NCBI RefSeq assembly: GCF_006345805.1
Contig: NC_042997.1
Coordinates: 88,598,001 to 88,662,000 of the forward strand
Reading direction: 5' to 3'
Source of the DNA: Octopus sinensis
Lineage: Eukaryota
DNA: 64,000 nt
Part shown: positions 11,601 to 42,714 of the stretch, piece after piece
How positions within the stretch are numbered: position 1 is the first letter of the stretch
Layout: each line of letters begins with the position of its first letter
Program-made: the position numbers and the translations under genes
The notes under the pieces: model-generated
Database searches by the model: none
Seen by the model: the letters and a program-made list of their open reading frames with translations, nothing else
Told to the model about the DNA's origin: nothing

Positions 11601-14600
11601 CAGCTGTGTGTATTCTGTGCATGTGTGTGTGTGTACATAAAACTTGTCACTTCTACTTCTTGAGATTGTCTGAGTGAAAACAAGTGTCATCATGTTTATG
11701 TTACCAGAGAACATTGTATACTGTAGCTCTACATCCCTAAGTAGTGGAATAAAACACTATTTTAAATATATATTAGATGTATTTTTGTGTGGTTTCCATT
11801 GCATATCTACAGAGGCTTTGGTCAAAAATCAACAACTAGGAGCGTCTGTTACAATTGCAATAACCTGTGTTATCCAACCAAAATTGAACCTCCAAAGAGT
11901 AATCATGGCCGTCGAAACTGGAAGAGTCAACATTCATGTGATGCACCAGACTGCTGTGGACATTTATCAGACTGTGATAAAGATATAAACGGTAAGGTGG
12001 TCATACTATTTTGATATTGTAAGTCATTTTGTACATTATTATTACATAATAGAAAAGCTAGCTCTAGTGCTTCCTTATTTCAATTACATTCCTCCAAATT
12101 TTTGTTTTTACGATAACAATAAGGCCTGTTCTTTTCAACTTGTTGATTCTCTATCATTTCACACAAATTCATATATGTATCAGTGTGCAAAGATATATGT
12201 GGATGTTTATGTGTGTATGTATATATATATATATGTGTGTGTGTGTATTTATACAGGGGTTGGACAAAGTAATGGAAACACCTAGAATCATAGCATCATA
12301 ATTTTTAAATATCTATAAAATTGTCAAAAGCTTGATTATTTTTCTGCTTTTTGATTTATTATTAGTATTGCTTAATATGTTTTGCTCAAATTGCTGTTTC
12401 TTTTCATATATCATCAGAAAAAGGTAATTAAAATTCTTTAAAATGACAGATCTATCGGACTTTTAAAGAGGTCAAATTGTTGGTGCTCGTATGACAGGTG
12501 CTAGCATAATGAAAACAGCCAAAATGTTTGGTGTATCAAGAAGTTCTTTCTTGAAAGTAATGACAGCCTTTGAGAAAGAGGTAAAAGCCTCCTCTTCAAA
12601 ACGAAACTCCAGAAGAAAACCAAAACTTTCAGATAGGGACCATCGGACTCTTACGCAGATTGTTAGAAAGGATCACAAAAGTACAGCTCTCAAAATTACT
12701 GCAGAGCTCAATGGCTGCCTTGAGAACCCAGTTTCCACAAAAACTGTTTGCCAGGAGCTGCTCAAAGCTGGATTTCACAGGAGGGCTGCAATTAAAAAAA
12801 TCACTACTTTCAAAAACAAATGTTGCAAAGCGTTTAGAGTAGAGTAAAAAAAACCTACAGAATTGGTCCCTAGAGCAGTGGAAGAATGTAATTTTCTCGA
12901 ACACGTCATCCTGTTATTTCCAACCACTGGCCAAGTATACGTCTAGAGACAGCCAAAAGAAGCATTTCACCTAGACTGCCTTCTTCCTGTCTGGGGGCTA
13001 TATCTTAGAAATCTGCTGGCCTAATGGTTTCCCTTTACGACAGAATTAATAGTCAAGACTATTTAAGCATTTTATCTGATCAAGTTCATCCTATGGTTGC
13101 GGAACTATTTCTGGAGGGAAACGCAATCTTTGAGGATGATAATGCGCCAATTCACATAGCTAAAGTTGTTGCTGAATGGCATGAGGAACATTCTAGTGAA
13201 GTTGAACATCTTATCTGGCCACCACAGTCCCCCGATCTCAATATTATCAAACATTTATGGTGCATTTTAGAAAAACAAGTAAGGAGTTGATATCCTCCAC
13301 CATCATCACTACAAGAACTGGAGACTGTTTTAGCTGAAGAATGAACAAAAATTTCTTTGGAAACAATTCAAACTTTGTAAAAGTCCATACCATGTAGAAT
13401 TCAAGCTGCAATTACTGCCAAAGGCAATCCTACCCCATAATAAAATACATTTGTTTGAAATTTTAAGATGTTTCCATTATTTTGTCTGACTCGTGTATAT
13501 ATATAAATATAAGAAATTAACTGTATAAGAGTCAATACAAAAACTATGCCATCCAGTGAGAGTTCAGTACTACTAAACATTTCAACTACATGTACTTATC
13601 ATGCTACTAATAGTTTCCCATACATGCTTGATGAACATACACATGTAAGGGAAACTATTAATAGTGCAATAAGTACATGTAGTTGAAACGTTTGATTATA
13701 TATATATGTGTGTATGTGTGCATATATATATATATTGCACAGTAGTGTTACTCATTCAGTGAAGCATGTTTATAGTCTTTGCAAATACCCTGCATTGAAG
13801 ATCCACATTTCACCATGCACATGCACTGTTCAATCTGCCCTTAACTCTGAGAGAGGAGCCCTTTATTGCCTGGCAAAGTATAGGATTAGGCCTCCTGAAC
13901 CTCTTCCTGACTGTTCTTACTCTGCCTATTGTGCTTTCAAACCATCCTACCCCATCCCACTGGATAACAAACTCCTTCTAGGCAGTCTTTTGGATATTTG
14001 TTAGAACCTATTTCCTGCAAACTTGTAGTGCTTAATGACCCTGTGCATTTGCCTCATAAGACATCTACTTCCTCTCTTGCTGTTGACCAAGTTTTTATAG
14101 CTCTCATGATCAGCAATGTTCAAATAGCTTCTTTTAAACACCTCTTTTATAGCTTGAAGGATTAGAATGAACAGAGAAGGTTTAGGGAAAAGTTCTGTCA
14201 AACCCCTATCTGAACCCTAATTTCATCACTGAATACACTGCTGATTCTCACCTTGTCAACTGCACCTCTCAATATAGCTTATATTGCTCTCATAAGCTAA
14301 TCATTTAACTCTGGTTTCCTCAGACACCACCAAATCACGGGACAGGGAACCATGTCAATGGCCTCCTCTAGGTTGACAAATACTAGTTATATATTAGCTT
14401 ATTCCTGGTCATGCACTTCTACAGTTACCTCTCTTGAAGGTGGTATCAATAGTATTTTTCCTAAGTATAAAAGCCAAACTGCATTTCAACTCTTTCTGTA
14501 ACTTACATGACCTGGTTGACCAGCTTATGAAGTTAAATATACCTCTGCACAAACCATTGGAGAACATAACAAGTTAAGTATAAAAACCCAGTAACATGTC

Positions 14601-15266
14601 TAATAACTTTGAGAAAATGATGAGCAAATGTCAAAGCAAAACCAGCAAACATAAATATTATGATAGAGAATATCAAATAGGATAGGAAGGTGTGTGTTGT
14701 CATCTGAGTCATTCTACATTATCAAAATAGAGTAGTTAGATTCTATTTAAATAAGGAAAATAATATGACTAACAGCAGTTAGGTCTGCTTATATAATCAT
14801 CCTTTCTTTTCTTATTTTATCTACAGTATATGGTCCTTCAGGATTGCAGAAAAGGTGTGTTCATCCACGACGTCAGAGAAACCGATCTATCTACTACCCA
14901 TGTTTTGAGCACAATAGTACTGGTTCAACTGTGGAAACATTTCTCACTCAGAGATTTGAGACTGATTCAGTCTCTGAATTCTCAGTAAGCTTAGAAACTA
15001 TTATGGAAGATGCTGATATCACTTCCAATATGAGTACATTGACACTATCTGATAGCAATGCTGGTAACGAACCAGATGAACCTGTAGGTTTTCCTTCAGC
15101 AAAACCAAAGTCTTCTGCCATGTCTAGCTTAACATCTTATCCAACTAGTGCGGAACATGTAGCCAAAACTGATAAAACACAGATGGTGAACATTAAACAA
15201 GTCAATAAAACTGTACAACCAGAGGAAAAAACAAAACAAAAAAAAAAATCTGAGAAAAAAGATTGA
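4686..15266 (+). CDS. SHFL: Shiftless antiviral inhibitor of ribosomal frameshifting homologue (UPF0515 family), 5'-partial; exons 4686-4726, 5722-5868, 8262-8365, 11813-11991, 14827-15266
   Basis: Five AG/GT-bounded exons join in frame (phases 0,0,2,1). They give ...LTEDA-DTVAK...RQFTCHPCNNMWWRVTPRRKP-VSRCKTCQVRYDPVPKDVEFGSAVFVCKSCNNEF-RGFGQ...CYNCNNLCYPTKIEPP...HSCDAPDC...-...KRCVHP...HNSTGSTVETFLTQ. This matches human SHFL as recalled ([36 protein letters not shown]...FHCPKCRHNFRGW...CYGC...HSCSAADC...CAHP...HISSGSTVATCLSQ). Confidence 0.92.
5722..5868 (+). CDS. SHFL: SHFL homologue exon (147 nt; RQFTCHPC..WWR)
   Basis: ttttcag acceptor, gtgagt donor; first CxxC of the zinc ribbon. Confidence 0.92.
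6440..7080 (-). mobile_element. Decayed CR1/L2/Jockey-group LINE RT C-terminal fragment
   Basis: Minus translation remnants KTASQRQTYLFRAKKINSQLLLTLCKA..IMVYCPHI resemble the post-RT region of these LINEs. Confidence 0.5.
7290..7998 (+). mobile_element. Tc1/mariner transposase 3' fragment
   Basis: MLWGYI..KIDGNLNSTKYI..FHHDGAPC..DWPAHSPDLNIIEHMW; TIR-like end ccaaaaacttttgcat. Confidence 0.85.
8262..8365 (+). CDS. SHFL: SHFL homologue exon (104 nt; VSRCKTC..FVCKSC..EF)
   Basis: tttccaag acceptor, gtaagt donor; two CxxC motifs. Not in the supplied ORF track. Confidence 0.92.
8412..8838 (-). mobile_element. tRNA-derived SINE (octopus OK/OR-like) with internal (TA)n
   Basis: Minus-strand head with B box (ccaggttcagtcccactg) and the central and tail motifs shared with 47714-48108. 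Confidence 0.75.
10130..11520 (-). repeat. Chain of about six SINE 3' fragments, each ending in (ATT)n
   Basis: Recurrent gatgaaaggcaaagtcaac..atttgaactcag and aggcctgaaatttt motifs, separated by (aat)n runs. Confidence 0.7.
10712..10930. mobile_element. piggyBac-type MITE (219 bp)
   Basis: TTAA TSDs at 10708-10711 and 10931-10934; CCCTTTT/AAAAGGG termini; a truncated copy lies at 43161-43322. Confidence 0.8.
11813..11991 (+). CDS. SHFL: SHFL homologue exon (179 nt; CYNC..HSCDAPDC)
   Basis: ctacag acceptor, gtaagg donor; phase 2 in, phase 1 out, consistent with both neighbours. Confidence 0.9.
12254..13495 (+). mobile_element. Near full-length Tc1 element, transposase inactivated (in SHFL intron)
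   Basis: TA TSDs; TIRs caggggttggacaaagtaatggaaacacc / gatgtttccattattttgtctgactcgtg; HTH and DDE remnants (FEDDNAPIH, WPPQSPDLNII). Confidence 0.93.
13790..14420 (-). mobile_element. Decayed RTE LINE RT fragment
   Basis: Minus translation LVFVNLEEAIDMVPCPVIWWCLRK resembles LAFVDMEKAFDRVPRSLIWWAMRK of the intron-7 RTE. Confidence 0.65.
14827..15266 (+). CDS. SHFL: SHFL homologue terminal coding exon (KRCVHP..STGSTV plus S/T-rich tail)
   Basis: Long polypyrimidine tract plus ctacag acceptor; TGA at 15264-15266; AATAAA at 15383-15388 and 15560-15565. Confidence 0.9.
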
Positions 15267-16049
15267 AGTCTCAGAGCTCCAAATTAGACTGTCATTCGTG
15301 AAAGTCAAAAATCTGTTGACTCCTAATTTTGATTTCTGTCTTTTATTTTCCCTTCATACTGGGAAATGGTCAGTAGTTGTGGAATAAATATAACTGATCA
15401 TTTCCCTTAAAATATGGTGCCTTTATTTTATCTAGTGAAAGAAATCACAGCCAGAAGTCAATAGATCGACGCTATCAATTCATTATTCAGCATTATTCAT
15501 GGGAGATTACTCTTGTGGCAACAAAGAAATCGTAAATGAAATTTAAAAGAAAATTAAAGAATAAAATTAAATTTTCAATCATGTATGCATTTGTATGTAT
15601 CAATAATATTAATATGCCAACTTGTTCTTTTTGTACGTACCTGTTATGTGTGTCACACTTACTTCAAAGGAGGAAGTGAGTGACAAAGACGGAGAGGAAG
15701 TAAGAGAGAGTGAAAGAGACAGTGAGTGGTGACAGCATTCGTTTTGTGTTTTTAAATGGTTCAGAGAGGAAGTAAGAGAAAGTGGAAGAGACAGTGAGTG
15801 GTGATGGTGTTCATTTTGGGTTTTTAAATGTTTATCATATCGCAAGAAAAATAGCTACATAGATCAGAAGAAAAGTTGATACATAGACACATACACACAT
15901 CATTAAAAAAAAAATTGGGAGAAAGGAGGGACACAAAAGAAGTGAGAAAGACAGTAGATACATAGATCCAAAGAAAAGTTGATACAGAGATAGCAAATAT
16001 TGCATGTCACTTTCACTTTTTATTACCACACGAGGATAAAATTAACTTG

Positions 16050-16790
16050 CAGGTGGCTGAGTATTCCACAGACATGCATATCATTAATGTAGTTCTCAGG
16101 GAGATTCAGCCTCACACAAAATATGACAGGGCTGGCCCCTTTCAATTACAGCTACAACTCATTTTGGTCAGCTGATTGGACTGGAGCAAGACCTTCAAGT
16201 AGTTGGAAGAAAATGAAAAAAGATCCTATATAGGAGCAGGAAAATCTTTTTAGTCATTAGGGTCACTATAGGTGTTAATCTGGCCCTAACAGCAGTATTT
16301 GTTGGTCTCCCAGGTAAACACTGATGTGCAGGCTGTTATCAAACTGAACATGAGTCAAAGACAAATACACGACAAAATAGCAATTATTTCATCTTAGATT
16401 TCACTGCTTATACTAAACATGACATTTTTGCCTTACTATATGGAACATTTCTTTTCACTCTTTTTAAAAAATGGCATTCCATCAGTTACGATGACGAGGT
16501 TCCTGTTAATCTGATCAATGAACAGTCTGCTCATAAGATTAATACACAAGTTAACATGCAAACCATAAGGTAGTTCTCAGCGAAATTCAGCTTCACACAG
16601 AATGTGACATGGCTGGCCCCTTTGAATTACAGCTACAACTCATTTTTACTAGCTGAGTTGACTGGAGCAAGGTGATGTAGAGTACCTTGTTCAAAAACGC
16701 TGTTCACCGCAGGGAATCATACTCATGACTTTATGATCGTGGGCCAAATACCCCTAACCACTGAGCCATGCACTTTCACTCTCTTAAACA
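16050..16790 (-). repeat. Two copies (16050-16200, 16520-16790) of a second SINE-like family; related copy at 33590-33820
   Basis: Shared gtagttctcag.gagattcagc..ggctggcccctttgaattacagctacaactcattttt..gctgagttgactggagcaa. Confidence 0.6.
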
Positions 16791-17334
16791 GAAAAAAGGA
16801 GTGAAGCAAGGGAGACAGAGAAAGAAAACCTCAGTTATTTACAGTGACAATTAGATTGAAATATGATCGATCTTTCCTAGTTTCTTTACTTTTAACAATG
16901 AAGAAGAGGGAAAGAGATTTAGTAATGAATAGAGGGAATGTCTTTCAGGTGTTTACATTTTTAGTCTGGGAGTTCTAGAACGATTAACTGTTAGTTCTCT
17001 CTTCTTTTCCCCACCCCCAGTACTTATTCACCTTCTATCATAGTTCTTCATGTCTCTTTGTTGGCAGGGAAAGACCATGTTTTTCTTTCAGGTACATCTA
17101 ACGTTTTCTCTACAAACTAGCCCCACTCCCTTCCTTTTTATTTTTCATAAAAAAAACTAATTGCTTTATCACTCCATCACTACCTTCTTCCCAACTACTC
17201 CCACTCACCCCCATATAATATCAGGTAGTCATGTGTCTCCTTTATAGCAAACATTTGTACATTTCATCCCCTCATTATTACCTTTCAACACCTGGCATAA
17301 AGCCACCTCCTCCTCTCGAATACTTCCCCCACTT

Positions 17335-17990
17335 AATTGCAAGAACTTTTTTCAGTTTGTTTTTCCTGTCCTACAAGTTACTTGGCAACCTCATTAGTGT
17401 TGGTGCCATGAAGAAAGCACCCAGTATACATTGTAATGTGGTTGGCATTAGGAAGGACATCCAGCCATAGAAACCATGCCAAAGCTGATACTGGAGCTTG
17501 GCACAGCCCTGCAGTTCATGAGATCTTATGAAACTGCCCAACCCATTCCAGCTGTTAAATGAATGTTAAAGGATGATGTTGAGACCAGTAATTTGGAGGG
17601 ATGGGTTAGCTGATTAAATTGATCCCCATATTAACTAGTATTTTATCAGCCCCAGAAGGAAAGACAAAATGAATTTGACAGGATTTGAAATCAGAATGTA
17701 AGGGGTCATGTCTTAATATCACCAGGTATGCTCTTATGATTCTACCAATTCACCACCTTAACCCTTTTCATACCAACCCAGCTGAAGCCTCCTCTGGCCC
17801 CTGTGCCAGTGGCATGTAAAAAGCATCCATTACACTCACAGAGTGTTTGGTGTTAAGAAGGGCATCCAGCTGTAGAAACACTGCCAGATCAGACTGGAGC
17901 CTGGTGCAGCCTCCTGGCTTCCCAAACCCTGGTCGAACTGTCCAACCCATGCTAACATGGAAAACGGATGTTAAACGATGACGACGATGA
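17335..17990 (+). mobile_element. Two RTE LINE 3'-tail fragments
   Basis: ttaggaagggcatccagctgtagaaac..ccaacccatgcta.catggaaaacggatgttaaacgatgacgacgatga, the same tail as 26030-26206. Confidence 0.75.
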
Positions 17991-18793
17991 AGAATAATAG
18001 GACAAATAGATATCTACTCTTCCTTCTGTTCAATAATTACAAAACTGTTTTTTAATTGGCCACAAATCATTGGTAATATGTTATCAATAATGGAGAGAAG
18101 TGAGAGACAATGTAAAAAACCATAAGTACAAATATTTTACAGTAATTAGTTCCAGTACATGTATCTCTCTCCACAGACACAAACAAGTTCTCTTAATGCA
18201 AGCTGACAGAGAGCTGCTGCATGGCTGTTTAGTTGTCAAATCTCCCTCAGAGTACAACTTACTATCTTGAAGACAGTGGATGATGTAGTTCTCTACATTC
18301 CATTAAACCACAGAACATTAGTTTACTTTAATGTCACTGGTTTGAGCTTAGATGGTGTTAAAAGGGTCACAATGAATCAACATTCACACATGTATATGCA
18401 CTAGTGATCGGCTTTCATATAGTTTCCATCTACCAATTCCCCTCACAAGTTATTAGTCAGCCCAAGGCACTTGCCCATGATACCAAGCAACAGAACTGAG
18501 GTCCAAACCTCATGGTTACAAAGCAAACTCCATAACCTACCATTCCTGGATAATTAATCTGCTGAATTATTACAAACTTCTCTCTTTGAACAAAAATCTA
18601 TGCATTTTAGCACAGTAAAACAGTAGATAGAACCACTATGAGATTTCCTGACCTGCTAGAAATAGTAACCAAACCTTTCTAATGACACATTCTATCTTGA
18701 AAAAAGATTCATTGGATAATGTAGGTCATGCTACAATACATCTGAAAACAAGATGGGATGATTGTGGCTAGAATGCTTTTCATTATAACTCTA

Positions 18794-19345
18794 CACTTGC
18801 GTCGGAAATTAATTAGCACTTCTCAAATTTCTACATTTTCTTAATTTAATTAACTTATCAGAAACGAACTCGTTTTTAATCAAAAATTTATTAAAACATA
18901 TCCCAGCACACCACATAATTGTTATTAATCGTGAAATTTAGTCAATATCTTGTTGCACCTCCTTTGGCAGCAACGACAGCTGCTACGCGGGTCGGCATGC
19001 TGTCTATGAGTGCCTGCAGGTACTGTGCAGGGATGGCCCCTCATGCAGCAAGAAGTGCCCCAAACAGCTCATGTTGGTTCCTGTATTGCTGCACATTCAA
19101 ATCCCTACCCAATCGACTCCAGAGGTTCTCAATAGGGTTCAGGTCAGGTGACTGGCCAGCATACTCCTCGCCACCAAAGAGGTATCCCGTACTATCTCAA
19201 CGTACTTTGCTGCGTTGATGTTGCCTTCGACGGCATAGAGCCGCCCAACACCACTGTAGCTGAACACCCCTCACGCCATCAGACCACCCCCACCATGCTT
19301 CATGGTGAGCAAATCAAGGGTGCTAATTAATTTCTGACGGTAGTG
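18794..19345 (-). mobile_element. Internally deleted Tc1 element (552 bp)
   Basis: TA TSDs; TIRs cacttgcgtcggaaattaattagcac / gtgctaattaatttctgacggtagtg; minus-strand EYAGQSPDLNPIENLW. Confidence 0.9.
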
Positions 19346-19974
19346 TACTAGACTAGGACTGAATTGGGAATAAACAATTAAAAGTTTGAGGGAAATAGAA
19401 GTATGCATGGTTGAATAAAGTTTACAAAGTAGGACTAATAATTTGGGGAAGAGCATAGGATCATTTAGATTTCATGAGAGAAATTAACCTTGTAAGTATT
19501 TAATGATGCTTAATCACAACATTCTTTCATTTGTTATTGCCACCAACATACTATAATGGAATAACACTGCACATGTAATATTTTGAAACTTCGCAACACA
19601 TCTAAGCTACATTATATCATGCACTACTACTCTTTATCACATTAAGCTACACAAAAATTTGTTATAGTTGATTTCACTTAATTGCATATGTTTACAGTCA
19701 ATATCAGATATAATCAAGTTGGTCACAACATTCCAATGGACTGACAAAGTTCAAATCCCAACATAATTCTATAATATTTTTGTGTAATGAGTTTCTTCAA
19801 TATATAAATCAAGTAGTTTTTGGACACTATTTTATTGCTTACTTTATTGATTACATTAGCTTGTGACTGCCAGAACTAAATTTTTCATGGCAACTAATGT
19901 TACACAAATTAACATAAACTGTCAGACAGTCCTTGTCAAGATATATGAATCTGACAAAGAATATGTTTCCCTGA

Positions 19975-20760
19975 AAATAAGACCTGGTCTTATATTGATT
20001 TTGCATCCGTAAAACACACTAGAGCTTATTTCCGAAGAAATCCAAGAAAAACAAAGAAGTCTCATGTCCTTGTGTAAAAGAAAAAAAAATTATAAAAAGG
20101 AAATCCATGTTTTCTGTTATCAAAAGTTTATTTATTTGCTTATTGTTTTTAGTCAAGTACAAACATTTCCTCCTCTTCTGGAACATCATCAAACCCTGAA
20201 TTTCTTGCAAATCCATTTCCGATAGAATCATAGACCTCAGTCTCCTATGTTTGGCAATATAACTTACCTTAAATAAACACTTTATGTCTAAGTACCCTGC
20301 TCATAATGCATTGGCAACGCATCTGTTGGTAATTTTATTCCATGAATTCTTCACCCAATTCGCAACTTCTTGGAGGTTGGGTTTGACAAAGTTTCCACAC
20401 TCATTTCTCTCCATTCTATGTTTAATATAGTGATTCACTTCCATCCACAAATAATCCTTGAGGGGCTTGTTTATTACAAGATCTAATGTTTGTAGATATG
20501 AAATCATTCCCGTGGTAATCATCATGTGGTCAATTCTTTCAGAAAGGAAGGTTTTCATATCTCTTGCATGGTGAGTACTGGCCAGAGCCCAGACTAAAAG
20601 ACTTCTTTCAGAACCGTTAAATCAATCCATTTTCTTATAACAGCTTGTGTGCACCAAGACTTTACAGTTTCAAGGACATAAATGCCTGAAACTCGTTCTA
20701 CTTTCTCTTTTTTGAAAGTTAAATATTCTGACCATGAACAATGCAGTATCAGTTACAGAT
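19975..20760 (-). mobile_element. pogo/Tigger-type DDE transposase remnant
   Basis: ORF 20301-20558: MISYLQTLDLVINKPLKDYL..EVANWVKNSWNKIT (DDE_1 QPLD motif). Confidence 0.75.
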
Positions 20761-21826
20761 GAGCCACTTGATGAGGTGTCTGATACTTTGACTCAGTTAT
20801 CTAGCAGGTCTGTGAATAACTTAGTTCTCATACAATATGGATATTTTTTCTTCCCTTTTGTGAAGGTGCTTAGGGGTTGTTAGATTGCTGCACTTGTGAT
20901 TGCAAAACTGAATTTCAATTGCTGGACCGGATGATGTATTTCATTCTTGAACAAAATTCTTTAAGTTGCACCAGTCCACTCAGCTGTAAATGGATAATCC
21001 TGCAATGGACTGACATCCCAGTCAGGGGAAATGTGAGCTCTATCACTTATACACCATGGAAACCAAGTGACTGGCTCTATTAGTCCTAGATCTTGAAACG
21101 GTACATTCCTTTTCTTTTAGGATTTGAAAGTTGTTTCTTTGAATGCAGAATAACATGAAAATAGTCAATCCAAGAAGTTTCTAAAACTTTGAATAATAGA
21201 AGTTCTTTCACCAAAACAAAAAAAATAAAAATCAAGAATTTAGTGTTTTAGTTTTTTATTAGAAAAAAATTGCAATTTCTGCACATTAGGGATTTTTAAT
21301 CTTTGCCCAAAATATTAAGAAAAATACGTTAAAAAATAATTTATTCATTTAGAATTTTATGCCATCAGTGTGTTGAACACTTTGTAGAAATAACAAATTT
21401 CTCTAACAACCCTGGATGGAGATATTGAAGCTTACAGAAAATATTCAAATTCTAGTTTTGCTTGGGTCCCATATTGTAATACATCAAATATCATATAGCA
21501 TCCACTGAACCATTTGGTATTACCATAAAAAAAATTTTTTAAATACCTTATAATTCTAAACAGTATATTTTGTTAATTTTTCAAAAAATGAGAACTAAAT
21601 ACTAAAAAACAAATTGAGCTGGAAAGTTCATTTGAAACAAATGGCAATGCTGGAGTACCACAAAACAAGTGTAATGCCATTACTTAAAGATTTATTTTAT
21701 ACCAAATAAGAATGTACTAGAACCAAAATAAAATACCCTTTCCCTATAAGTGTTTTGATAATGGATTAATTTGTTATTGAACGTCAATTTAGTCATACAA
21801 TTCAAAACCAATTAAAAAGGTATAAC

Positions 21827-41225
<19,399 letters not shown>

Positions 41226-41289
41226 TCTGTTGATATGAGATGTAAGATAGGACGAGCAAAATGACAATAGATATCTGTTACCGGTTATG

Positions 41290-41385
41290 AAACGAAAAGA
41301 CGGACGACTACGGGGAACAGCCTTATATACTAGGCTACGAACAAGCACCTGAATGGTTATATATAACAAAAGATCTGATTGGCTT
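41290..41385 (-). promoter_or_regulatory. Putative AHCY proximal core promoter: TATA box, pyrimidine-rich initiator, CCAAT box
   Basis: Minus strand TATATAAG starts at 41329, exactly 30 nt before the C (41299) of TCTTTTCGTTTC; GCCAATC lies at about 41377-41383; local CpG enrichment. Confidence 0.55.
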
Positions 41386-41918
41386 TCTCATGAAGGCTTT
41401 AGCCATTTGAAATAAACTTTACTAATTGTTAAAGAGAAACTGCTGTTCAAGTTTGTTTACATTTTACATTGAAAGTTGTGTAATTCTTATCCCTGGTCCA
41501 GCAACCTTATGGTCAAAGATGTTCCGATCATGACCATCCCGTCTTTTTTCTTTCAGGCATAAGGTATCTGAAACTACGCTATCTAATGTGTTTTCCTCCA
41601 GTCGATCAGGTGTGACTTGTAGGAAATTTGACGGTAATTTCTAGCGCGTATTTGGCTCATGTTGTATTTTGGCCTTTAATCAAGGTTACTTTTATTAACG
41701 TAGGAACTGTGGCTTCTGTTAAATAGTATATCATCAAGAAGCGAACGTTTTGATATGTTGTGCAATTTATAATGATGACAAAAATGAATTTATGAACAAA
41801 AATCCCGTGATTTCATGATACTTAACAGAGTGACGATATTCGAGTGTAACGTTTCACTTTCTTTGTGTAAACCTGTTCGGTTGTAACTACAAAGAGTGAA
41901 AAGCTGTCAATTTCGCCG

Positions 41919-41975
41919 ACTCACGGGGTAGCAGAAAGCCGAGAGAAATGGCGAAATCTGGTGCGACGTCATAAG
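41919..41975 (-). promoter_or_regulatory. Possible upstream non-coding AHCY exon / second promoter
   Basis: Minus strand TGACGTCG (CRE-like), CGCCATTT (YY1-like), then cccc|GTGAGT donor at 41924; a matching YTNAY/pyrimidine/CAG acceptor lies just before the ATG (caacag|aATG). Confidence 0.4.
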
Positions 41976-42714
41976 CAAATGTCCCAACGACCACACGGTC
42001 TATGAGTAGGATCGGGTAGCTAGTAGCATTTGTGGCATAACTACAGTTTGCATCTTCATAATTTTCTGAAAGATGCATACTTTTTATTTTTTTTTGTAGA
42101 GATGCATTTTCGAGTGGGTAGGTTACAATTATGTTGACATAATATTAAAAAATTTTGGGGAGTTTCTGATCCTTCTCCTCACCTCGTGCTTTCTGTAACA
42201 ACTCCCTTTTTTTTTGTCAAGTTTTTTAAGCTTTAAAAGTTTGAAAATTCAACATTACATAATCTACACTTTCAAAAACATATCTCTACGAAATGGCATT
42301 TAAAAATATGTATTTTATAGATATTCTGTAGGAACGCCGACTGGTGGTGGGGAGATTGATCCAAAATCCCTCCAAAAATATTTTTAATGTTATTGTAACA
42401 GTTATCTGTACTCGTGAAAACGTAAATCTACAAAATTTTATTTAAAACTATGTATTTTTCAGAAAGTTATGGCGAAACGAAGTCAGAAGCTATAGTTATG
42501 CCATTTCGGTTTTCCGCCTGTTATTTTATTTTATTTTTATTTTTGTTTTTAGAATGGGAAGGTTTGGTTATATCAAATCATTTAGAATTATTTTTGTCGT
42601 TCGTTGTGTGTTGTTTAAGAAAAAATCTTCGTCAGACACCAAAAAAAAAGTGCTAGTTGTTAGACTGACAAAATAATAAAACACTCGACCCGTTAAATGT
42701 AGCAGCTAATTTTG

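Noticed and set aside
15237-15252. A11 slippery run in the SHFL CDS as an autoregulatory frameshift site
   Set aside because: A -1 shift meets TGA at once and would alter only the last few residues; no downstream stimulatory structure seen.
41900-42075. + strand snRNA/7SK-like gene (hairpin, Sm-like aattttctg, T-run)
   Set aside because: No match to recalled U1-U12, U4atac, U6atac, 7SK, RNase P/MRP or SRP motifs; better explained as promoter or 5' exon sequence.
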